Assembly: GCA_002269645.1 (NCBI GenBank) | Contig: NIVC01001500.1 | Span: forward strand, 124,001-188,000 | DNA length: 64,000 nt | Source: Macrostomum lignano | Taxonomy: Eukaryota | Reading direction: 5' to 3' | Shown: positions 50,501-59,744 of the stretch, in pieces | How the letters are laid out: every line of letters begins with the position of its first letter | Numbering within the stretch: the first letter of the stretch is position 1 | Translations under genes and position numbers: made by a program | Notes under the pieces: model-generated | Seen by the model: the letters and a program-made list of their open reading frames with translations, nothing else | Databases searched by the model: none | Told to the model about the DNA's origin: nothing

Positions 50501-53500
50501 TTAGGGTTAGGGTTAGAAGGTTGACAGATATTTTTAGATTTCCAAGGCTTATTGGGGGCATGGCTGAGATGTCAAGGGGGGGAAGTTGATATGTTAAAGC
50601 TTGTGGGGGGGAATTACTGACATGTCAAGGCTTACAAGGTTTGATAGGAGATTTTTTAAGATTTCAAGGATACATGTAGCTTATTAAAAAAACGTGTATT
50701 GCATTTCTTTGGCTCCCCAACGGGGGGGCGTAGATTGCTAGTATGTATCTAACAATCAGGATACAATTCTCTTATCGACAAGATTGTTCGATTTTTCTTT
50801 ATAGTGACACGTTGAATCAAGGAACAAGCATAACTGAAGCCCCAATCTTACACTGATTTCCTTATCCACCAGCTAATTGCCGTCTCTAAACCAACTTGCG
50901 CCGAGGAATTTTACGATTTACTCGAACGAACTCTGCTAGCCGAAGAGGCCGCCGCTGATTCTGAGGGCAGCGCTAGGCAAAAGCTGGCCACTATGCTGGC
51001 TGAACTGCGTGCCCGAACTGTTAGCACCGACGGTGCGTTTCACTGGTGCTCTACAATTGAGAGAAATAAGGGGGTCGGGTAAAGCGGGCTGACGGACGAC
51101 TAGAATGAAAAAGGAGAGGGTTGATGTAGAGTGGGGTGGCTGGAGAGAACTCGGGGTCGGGTAAGACAGGCTGCGATAGCCAATTAAAATGAACTGAAAA
51201 GGGGTTGATGTGGAGTGGGGTGGCTGGAGAGAACTCGGGGTCGGGTAAGACAGGCTGCGATAGCCAATTAAAATGAACTGAAAAGGGGTTGATGTGGAGT
51301 GGGGTGGCTGGAGAGAACTCGGAGTCGGGTAAGACAGGCTGCGATAGCCAATTAAAATGAACTGAAAAGGGGTTGATGTGGAGTGGGGTGGCTGGAGAAA
51401 AATCGAGGGTCGGGTAAGACAGGCTGACTTGGCCAATTAGAATGAAGTGAAAAGGGGTTGATGTGGAGTGGGGTGGCTGGAGAGAAGTCGGGGGTCGGGT
51501 AAGACTTGGCCAATTAGAATGAAGTGAAAAGGGGTTGATGTGGAGTGGGGTGGCTGGAGAAAAATCGAGGGTCGGGTAAGACAGGCTGCCATGGTCAATT
51601 AGAATGAAGTGAAAAGGGGTTGATGTGGAGTGGGGTGGCTGGAGAAAAATCGAGGGTCGGGTAAGACAGGCTGCCATGGTCAATTAGAATGAAGTGAAAA
51701 GGGGTTGATGTGGAGTGGGGTGGCTGGAGAAAAATCGGGGGTCCGGTAAGACAGGCTGCGATGGCCAATTAGAATGAACTGAAAAGGGGTTGATGTGGAG
51801 TGGATTAGCTGAAGAAATATCGGGGGTAGGATAAGGCAGTCCGCAGATGGGCCAATTAAGCAAATTAAGCTAATAAAATCATTAATTTTTCAGAAGCGGC
51901 GAGCGAGATTGCACGCAAGGGGCGCGTGAAGTCAAGCCTACGTAAGCAAGTTCATATTGTTATTTTGGTACCGTTTTTTACAGCTGATTGTTGATTCCGT
52001 ATACTCGTACAAGATCTATCATAAGAAATGAATGATATGATGTACACCCATAGCCCATTGTTAACAACCGTACCGCAGGCAACGATCCATACAGGCTGTC
52101 AACCACCGAGTTAGTCCGCCTGCACACGCTGGTGTCGAAGCTGTGGCAGCACCTGACCAGCTGGGCGGAGTTCCAGCGTGCCGGTTCAGACTGCGCCTGC
52201 TGTTGCTGCTGCTGCGGCTGCGGCAGTCCAGAGGAACTGTGCTGCTGCTCAGCCACAGAAACTAGAAAAGTCGGCACTGCCTTAAACTGGCGCGCGAACG
52301 GCGACTTGGAGTCCGAGTGAGATCAAACTATCACTATCAAATCAGAAGTACGGTATATAATATTAGTAGTATCATTGGTATATCATATCAGTAGTATACC
52401 ATATCATTAGTAAATGATATCAGTAGTATCTCATTAGTAGTATGCCATATCAGTAGTATACCATATCATTAGTATATCAAATCAGCATAGTTATAATGTA
52501 TCTCGATTCGTAACTCGCCAATTAAAACTCAGACTTCTACAATGCAGCAGCGAACGTCTCGAGCTGCTGCAACGCAGCCTCAAATCCGCAGCCAAAGCTC
52601 CGTCAGACGATTACGATACCACTGAACGATAGTCCTCGCTGAGGTCTCCATGACAACCACAGCTAAACTTGGCCACCTGGATTTGAAACCAGCCGAGCCG
52701 AAGCCGTCTGTGGACTTTGTCGTCAGCGGCGTTGTCGTCGGAGCCTCGACAGTGGCGACAGCAAATGCTTTAGTTAAGACGAGTGCAGTGATGCAGCCAC
52801 AACCACCGCCGCCACCACCACAGCCGCAGCAGTCAATGCGGCAGCCGCCAGTCCTCAGACACCAGGCGGCGCAGACAACCGCTCCTGTCGGTCTCCGTCA
52901 GTCCGAGGTTCGAGCCCGGCCGCCGAGCCTCTCCGAGGCGAGCCAAACGATGCTAACGGCTAAAACCCCCACCGCCAGCGTGTTGGTTGTCGCAACGAAG
53001 CATTTAGAGTCCGTTGCTGATCAGGCTAGCGACACACTCGATCTGACTCGTTGGAGACGGCAGGATCGCGACGAGCGTCGCGTCGACTCGTCGATGCGCT
53101 ACCAACCCGACATAGTCGAGACCAGGTGCGCAGCGGCCGGAAAGCTGCTTACAGTTGATCAGTTCGTTGACAGTCCGCTGGCGGATTTGCGTATCGAAGG
53201 GCTTTCCGACAGCGGCGTTCAATGTCGCCTGGCACTTGAAGACGCTAGTGATATTTCTGTGCAGATTGGACCGCAGTTCGACTGCGCCAGTGCGCAGACT
53301 TCGCCACCTGAAGCTGCCCACGACAGCGTGAACACAGGCATCACTAGCAAGGACATAGCGGTCTGGGCGGGCGCAGAGAGTTTCAGTCGCGGGAGCAGAC
53401 TTGTCCGGAGCCGGCTATAGGTCACGTGATCTGCGCTCCAGCCACCGCGATTGCCGGCGTGCGGACGCATCTTTACTTTGCGTTTGAATTCGGTGTTCAA

Positions 53501-56500
53501 ACAGGAGCCAGCGCTTTTGAATCGGTCGATTATGGTCAGCAGGTTGGGTGCAGCGCGTTCGACAAGACGAATCAAGGTCAGCAGGTTGGGTGCAGTGCGT
53601 TCCACACCACGGATCAAGGTCATCAATCTGGAGCAAGCGCATTCAACAACACGGATCAAGGTCATCAATCTGGAGCAAGCGCATTCCACACCACGGATCA
53701 AGGTCATCAGTCCGGAGCAAGCGCGTTCCACACCACGGATCAAGGTCATCAGTCCGGAGCAAGTGCGTTCCACACCACGGATCAAGGTCATCAATCTGGA
53801 GCAAGTGCGTTCCACAACACAGATCAAGGTCATCAATCTGGAGCAAGCGCATTCCACACCACGGATCAAGGTCATCAGTCCGGAGCAAGCGCGTTCCACA
53901 CCACGGATCAAGGTCATCAGTCCGGAGCAAGTGCGTTCCAAAACACAGATCAAGGTCATCAATCTGGAGCAAGCGCGTTCCACAACACAGATCAAGGTCA
54001 TCAATCTGGAGCAAGCGCATTCCAGAACACGGATCAAGGTCATCAATCTGGAGCAAGCGCATTCCACAACACGGATCAAGGTCATCAATCTGGAGCAAGC
54101 GCATTCGAGAACACGGATCAAGGTCATCAGTCCGGAGCAAGCGCGTTCCACACCACGGATCAAGGTCATCAATCTGGAGCAAGCGCATTCCAGAACACGG
54201 ATCAAGGTCATCAATCTGGAGCAAGCGCATTCCACACCACGGATCAAGGTCATCAGTCCGGAGCAAGCGCGTTCCACACCACGGATCAAGGTCATCAGTC
54301 CGGAGCAAGTGCGTTCCAAAACACAGATCAAGGTCATCAATCTGGAGCAAGTGCGTTCCACAACACAGATCAAGGTCATCAATCTGGAGCAAGTGCGTTC
54401 CACAACACGGATCAAGGTCATCAATCTGGAGCAAGCGCATTCCACAACACGGATCAAGGTCATCAATCTGGAGCAAGCGCATTCGAGAACACGGATCAAG
54501 GTCATCAATCTGGAGCAAGCGCGTTCCACAACACGGATCAAAGTCATCAATCTGGAGCGAGCGCATTCCACACCACGGATCAAGGTCATCAGTCCGGAGC
54601 AAGCGCATTCCACGGTGTGAATTTCTGCCAACAAGCAGGGGCCAGCGACTTTGATCGGCTGGACGAATGCGAGCAGTCTGGTAACAGTTACTTCGACCGG
54701 CTGGATGCAGAGTCATGCGCCGGGATCAGTGCATGGGATAGTGTTGATGGTCAGGCGAACGCGCAGTCTCTATTAACAGACACAGCTAGCTGCTACGATG
54801 TTGGAGTTCAGAATGTTGCCATTGAGGCTATCTGCGGGACTAATGAGGCTGTGACTCAGATGGGCTGCAGCAGCTTCTCATTTAATCAGACAGGGTGTCA
54901 GATTGGACCCGGCTACTTCGACTTAACTCATACTGAATGCCAAGCTGGATGCAGTATTTTCGACAAAGCAAATAGTGAGTGCCAGGCTGGTTACAGCTAC
55001 TTTAACAGAACGGAGAGCGACTGTCAGACCGGTTGCAGCTACTTTGACAGAACGGAGAGCGACTCTCAAACCGGTTGCAGCTACTTTGACAGAACGGAGA
55101 GTGACTGTCAGACCGGTTACAGCTACTTTGACAGAACGGAGAGCGACTGTCAGACCGGTTACAGCTACTTTGACAGAACGGAGAGTGACTGTCAGACCGG
55201 ATACAGCTACTTTGACAGAACGGAGAGCGACTGTCAGACCGGTTACAGCTACTTTGACAGAACGGAGAGTGACTGTCAGACCGGATACAGCTACTTTGAC
55301 AGAACGGAGAGCGACTGTCAGACCGGTTACAGCTACTTTGACAGAGCGGAGAGCGACTCTCAGACCGGTTACAGCTACTTTGACAGAGTGGAGAGCGACT
55401 GTCAAGTTGGCTGTAGTCAATTTCAGTTCAAGGAGCAGCTTATTTCAAGCGAGTGGAGCGAGTCATTGGCAAAACGGCAGCGCCCACCATCGCCTGTGTC
55501 AGCTTTAGCCTCCTTGTGCGTGCACCCGGTGCTAGCGGATACTGCTGCCCACTGGGTCACCAATTCCAGTGACGCATCATCCGAGACCGTACAGACTGTG
55601 CAGACTGATTCAGCCATTGCCAAACTGCCAGAACTGAGCCACACAGGCAGTCAGCACTTGCAGGTTGTACTTACTGACATGGCAATCCAGACGGACGCAC
55701 CAGAAGCACTAACGGAGATAAAAAATGTTGCCGAGACTTACAGCAGCCAAATTCAAACTGATGGCAGTCTGTTTAGCCGCCTCAATGCCGAGGTTCAAGC
55801 TGGTTGCAGTGGCTTCCTGCTCAGCGATGCAATCGTTTCGGTGGGTACAAATGCTTTCACGGACTTCAGTCAGGCAAACGTGTGCTCAAATTCAATTGCG
55901 TTAGTTGAGACCGGTAGTCTGCATAAGGTTCTTAGTGAGCCGCAATCTGTCTCAGCCAAAATAGACACCTGCGAGGAGGTCGTCAGAGCCTGCGGAAGCG
56001 TTGATATTGAGATGATAAATTCAAACTGCCAGACTGGCAAAGCAGACAGTCGGGAACTAACTGACTCAGCCGTTCCCAGCGAATGGAGCACCTTACATTG
56101 GAGCAAGTATTCAGACAACTCCGTCCTGATTCGTCCAGCGACTGACGAAGTTCTGGCTCTATGCTTTGGACAAACTGCCGAAGCAATTGCTCGTACGCAG
56201 AGACTTTCAAGTGACAGTTCCGCCGTGGCAAGAGTTGCCGCAGTGGCTCACACAGGTAGCATGCACTTGGTGACACCTTTAAAAGAATTCGGAACGCAAA
56301 CGGATCAGGAGGTTATTATTGAGAAAAGACAACCCACTCAGAGCCTTAAAATCAGTTATTTGGATGGCAGCGAACAAACTGACTCGAGGTTTTTCACACG
56401 CGAAATCGAGTTATCGGCTGGTGTGAGCTGTTGGAGCTTCGCTGAAGATGCTGTCAGAGCGAACAGTCGGCTCCAGCTAGCCGAGACAGGAAGCATTCAC

Positions 56501-59150
56501 GATGTCCCATCTCAGCAGCAGTACGTCTCGGTCAACATGGACCCGGTGTTGGATTCGAAACGGGTCGAATGTCAGGTCGACGCAGTTTGTCAATCCGGCT
56601 GCAGCTTCTTCTTTGATAGACAAGAGGCTGAAAATCAGATGGGGTCTGGTACCTTTGAGATAATTAATAGTGAATGTCAGGCCGGTAGCGGAGGCTTGAA
56701 TTCAGAAGATTTCGAATGCCAAGCTGGTTGCAGCTTCTTCCTGGGTAGAGAAAATGTCGAATGCCAGGCTGGCTGCAGCCATTCAGAATTCGAGAACTTC
56801 GAATGCCAGTCTGGATGCAGCTTTTTCTTTGACAGAGAGGACAACGAATGTCAGGCTGGTCGCAGCTGGTCTGACTTCTCAGACTCCGCTATTCTCGGCG
56901 AGTGGAGTTTCACGCGATCCAACAGCAGCGTCGCTGAGGTTGTTGCGCGTCCTCCAGGCAAAGCTGAAGAGACAGTCAACACCAGAGCAGAGATTCAACC
57001 GGGTACATTCGATTTCGTTGTTGCTAGGCTGCCTAATTTGAATCAGACAGGCAGTCAACACCTTGGAATTAATGTGAAGGAGTGCGAGACGCAGACACTG
57101 GACATTGAGGAACCTGAGCAGTTTATCATTACCGAAAGACTTCATGCAAGCCGCGAACCCAGCCTGAAATATTCGGACAGTTGCAATCAGACCGACCACA
57201 CTCAGTTAGGACACTGCGAGACGGGATCGTCAGCCGGTGTGAGTACGTGGAGTTTCAGCCAGGCGAGTGTCAATGCGAGTTCAAGTTTGAAGTTATCAAA
57301 TACTGGAAGTATTTACGAACTATCGTCTGAGCAGCGGTGCGTCTCGGTCAAGCTAGATGCTGATAGTGAGCCCATCAAAGTTGTTGCTAAGCAGACAAGG
57401 CATGCCGACAGTCAAGTTGATAATGAGCTTCTGCCCACGACCGATGCCGTATGTCAGGCTGGGACCACTTTGTCGTCTGAAGCTGTCCAGCAAGCTGTAT
57501 CAAGCTCGTGGCATCAACCAGACTCTCTCCTTGGCCACGTGAAGTCGCAGCCAATGAAAACTACGGACACTGGTTCGCTCTGGGCTGTGGACGCTGTGCA
57601 AAGCGAGATGCGCACCTCAACAGGTCCAGAATGCTGCGAAGTGGAGTCGCAGACTCACACAGAGACCGCCGTAGCCAGCGTGAAAGCCTGTCTAGATGCG
57701 CTCTCAAATTCGGACATTGAGATTAGCAGCCGAGAGTGCCAGACCGACCCAGAGGTGGTGGTCCCTTCTGTTCGGCTCGATAAGCCGCTGTCCCGCTCGA
57801 TCGCTTGTCGCGACACGGTGTCGCTCTACCGGCCTTTAGACGCGACGGCGCTCGGCGACGACTCCGGCTCCTACTTCACTTACCACCCGGAGCACCCGGA
57901 ACGGATGCGATTCGACGAGCCGTGCCAGCGCGCGCACTACATCCAGACAGATGGCATCCGGATTCATGACGGCCCGATGGTGGACACCGGCTGCGGGCAT
58001 CGGGACGACTTACCGAGTGAGCCTGTTGTTTTATTTAATTGTGCACCATGCTACTATTAGTACGATGTTTTTAGTTCTAATAATTTTAGCCGAAAACTTG
58101 GCTACTGGATTCGATTTGCTGTTTGATGTCTGCGCAAAATAAGGCTTTTTATGGTACGTATTCGAGGTTCAGTATCGGGCTCCAAGTGCCGAACAAAGTT
58201 TCTGTCTCTTCTCAGCTTTCTCGTGTCTGCCATCTAATTTCCTCTCTCGCCTCTTTTCTCTTTTTTCATATATCATCTCATCTTTCCTCTTCTGGAAAGT
58301 AAGGTCATAATGCACACATTCTGCATTCCCAGGCTTGGCGGAGGCTTCAACTGACACCGCTTCGGCGTCAGCCGCCGCCGCGTTGTCCTTGTCGCTGTCT
58401 CTGTCGCCGACCGTAGTGTCCAGCCCTTTCCTTGTTGGCTCCGCCGACGCTGGGTCCAGCGGGCTGCGCAGCCCCGCTGCCATGTTCCGCTGGCGCAGTC
58501 GCAACCAGAGCGCCAGCTCGCATCAGCCGACTGCGCTAACATCGACGTCTAGCGATAGAGACAACGAGGGGGAAGAAGCGGCGGCGAAGCAGGCGGCTGA
58601 GGAGGCACGCATGGTTGCCGAGCTGACCAAAGTGACGCGTCTGGTGCCAGACCTGAAAGGCCGCGACATTCCAGCCGTGCGACTCGGACCACCGATGCCC
58701 ACCGGTGTCGAACACCGCGACATCGCGACACCGACGACGACGACGACGTCTGCTTTGACAAAGGCAACGACAACGGCGACAACAAAGACCATGACGACAG
58801 CGACTGCGTCAATTTCGATAGCGGCGACGTCCGGTTTGCCGATAGTGTCAACGTTGCCGGAAGCGGTATGGACTACTTCAACGACTTCGGCTACTGCTAT
58901 GGCGTCGGCTATTTCAACGACGTCGGCTACTTCAACGACGTCGGCTACTTCAACGACGTCGGCTACTTCAACGACGTTTGCTACTGCTATGACGTCAGCT
59001 ACTTCAACGGCTACATCTACTGGCCCTGTCGTTGACGACGCGGACTCTGTCTTCCAGCGAGCGAAGGCGAAGTCTCTTTCCAGACAGCGCCAGCGTCAGC
59101 TTCAGGAAGCCGCGGCGGCCGCTGCTGCCGATGAGGCGACCAAGCAGTGA
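35066..59150 (+). CDS. Multi-exon gene: partial plakin domain (spectrin repeats plus SH3) fused to a giant Q-x-G/TQT repeat region and a Thr-rich tail, ~2600 aa
   Basis: Phase-consistent GT-AG exons: 35066-35227, 36065-36178, 37957-38280, 38686-38853, 39513-39667, 39902-40010, 50873-51032, 51894-51941, 52079-52316, 52548-58016 (two apparent 1-bp deletions, near 52625 and 53386) and 58333-59150. Additional 5' exons cannot be excluded. Confidence 0.75.
36430..37895. repeat. 14-bp minisatellite in two inverted blocks (C/T-rich 36430-36760; G/A-rich 37340-37895) in one intron
   Basis: The unit tccctgcccctctc is on the left and its reverse complement gagaggggcaggga on the right. Confidence 0.93.
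37957..40010 (+). CDS. Exons encoding plakin-family spectrin repeats and the embedded SH3 domain
   Basis: QRCWQWLDQLSVLLRLHSRNAADYNSFHVEC resembles plectin/desmoplakin [39 protein letters not shown] resembles the plakin LVxKAKxIVQL motif. LRGICACLYETPE|FVVAQGQELTILDNSDRLQWRV...GNEVTLPSITVWIPP matches the plakin SH3 pattern (LCDY...KGDECxLxDNSxRxKWKV...GNEAxVPSVCFLIPP). Confidence 0.85.
38295..38635. repeat. (TAAC)n microsatellite filling most of a 405-bp intron
   Basis: About 80 units, directly visible between exons ending at 38280 and starting at 38686. Confidence 0.97.
40082..40690 (+). mobile_element. Non-autonomous Helitron-like element (full plus partial tandem copy)
   Basis: A|TCTAAATATACTAAAT start followed by a TTTG/GCTT microsatellite. 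The internal block (taacgctctagagat...ttaaatattcgaaaaac) recurs at ~40528 and is shared with the element at 45542. Confidence 0.6.
41005..41095 (+). mobile_element. tRNA-like head of a second SINE family (A box and B box)
   Basis: GGCGGAGTAGCCGCAGTG ... AAGGTTCGAGTCTGCCTCC. The box spacing is too long and no cloverleaf was evident, so this is not a true tRNA. Confidence 0.5.
41690..42200 (-). pseudogene. Decayed 3' end of a CR1/L2-group LINE ORF2
   Basis: Minus-strand remnants LDTACLL..LTCGRNNLV*QLQ (resembling LEYACxVW..LT..QS..LE.LQ) and NAYPQRHRIVPLAK...RRNPLNNL. Confidence 0.35.
42590..45010. repeat. 30-bp satellite (aaggcttactgggggaattgctgagatgtc): degenerate 42590-44150, homogeneous 44150-45010
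   Basis: Directly visible. Degenerate copies reappear at 49700-50700. Confidence 0.93.
45542..46000 (+). mobile_element. Non-autonomous Helitron-like element abutting the 3' end of another
   Basis: cccc-agag-gggg hairpin, then CTAG (45538-45541), directly followed by TCCTATATACTAAAAATGAG and (TTTG)n. The internal sequence matches the 40082 element. Confidence 0.65.
46140..49650. repeat. 22/23-bp AT-rich satellite (aaaaaatcatagaagcgtcatgt), ~3.5 kb, with higher-order structure
   Basis: About 150 monomers. A rare PstI variant occurs at 46667, 47051, 47549, 47932 and 48974. Confidence 0.97.
51070..51835. repeat. 84/85-bp intronic tandem repeat, ~9 copies
   Basis: ggggtcgggtaagacaggctgc...ggggttgatgtggagtggggtggctggagag fills intron 51033-51893. 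Confidence 0.95.
52548..58016 (+). CDS. Giant exon: ~1820-aa low-complexity region with 14-aa Q-x-G-x-S-x-F repeats and TQT-like motifs
   Basis: One frame is open for over 4.6 kb (53426-58060), including ~2.6 kb of non-repetitive sequence where the other frames are closed. It has 24 copies of (H/Q/E)(T/N)TDQGHQSGASAF and ~10 copies of DRTESDCQTGYSYF. The donor A|GTGAGC at 58017 is in phase with the next exon. Confidence 0.85.
58333..59150 (+). CDS. Terminal exon of the plakin-like gene, Ala/Ser/Thr-rich with a basic C-terminal helix
   Basis: Acceptor ttcccAG at 58331-58332. The phase-1 junction gives S-L-A-E-A in frame with the 271-aa ORF. TGA at 59148-59150. Confidence 0.7.
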
Positions 59151-59532
59151 AGAACTCTAACTAGATTCTCGAATATGTTTAATTACAGCATGTTTCACTT
59201 TAATATGCTTAGTAGTTTTTCTTTTTAAAGTAAGCAAAATATTAGAGAATGCTAATTACTTATCATTACTTATCGTTGGGGAATTAATAAAGAATATCAG
59301 AAATTTCTTATTTTGTTAAAGAAAAAAAATCAATAAAAATTTTGTCTATTTTTCTCTTTAATAAAAATATACATGTATATTGACTGCAGCATGCATCGAT
59401 CATTCATCCACCAAGCGTTCTGTGTAATCAATGATTTTAATTTTTTGCCAAATATCTGCGCGTTTCATGGCCCGTAAGGGAAATGGCTTTTTTATTTGGG
59501 ATAAAAGGGATTCGATAGTGGGTTCTTTTTTC

Positions 59533-59728
59533 CACTAGACTCTAGATTCCTACTAGACTAGTTCATGCAATTTGACCGTTTCGGAGCTGCCTCAGTAAAC
59601 CATTTTTAGTGCCACTCAATAGGCCTCTGCAGAGCATGTTTGAACCGTTTATTTGTTCATTTTTTAATTGAAAAAAAATTATTTTACTGTTTGCTGTCGG
59701 TTAAATTTTATGCAGGAATAATCTAGTG
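59533..59728. mobile_element. Small CACTA/EnSpm-type MITE
   Basis: TC|CACTAGA ... TCTAGTG|TC, i.e. CACTA termini with a 2-bp TSD. Confidence 0.6.
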
Positions 59729-59744
59729 TCACGCGATTGCCGCG

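Noticed and set aside
50489-50516. Telomere or chromosome end
   Set aside because: There are only ~4 imperfect TTAGGG units, embedded in an intron.
35066-51032. Calling the gene a plectin, dystonin or Shot orthologue
   Set aside because: No CH, rod, plakin-repeat, EF-hand or GAR domains were recognised in the window, so only family-level similarity is supportable.
52620-53420. Programmed ribosomal frameshifting in the giant exon
   Set aside because: No slippery heptamer or downstream structure was seen, and the same kind of lesion occurs in the conserved sulfatase, so assembly error is more parsimonious.
53219-55508. Overlapping ORFs in other frames and on the minus strand across the 42-bp arrays
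   Set aside because: They are confined to the repeats. Only the 53426 frame stays open through unique sequence and links to splice sites.
58169-58542. Minus-strand ORFs with a basic KREKRRERK stretch
   Set aside because: They are the antisense of a pyrimidine-rich intron and of the in-phase plus-strand terminal exon, with no independent support.
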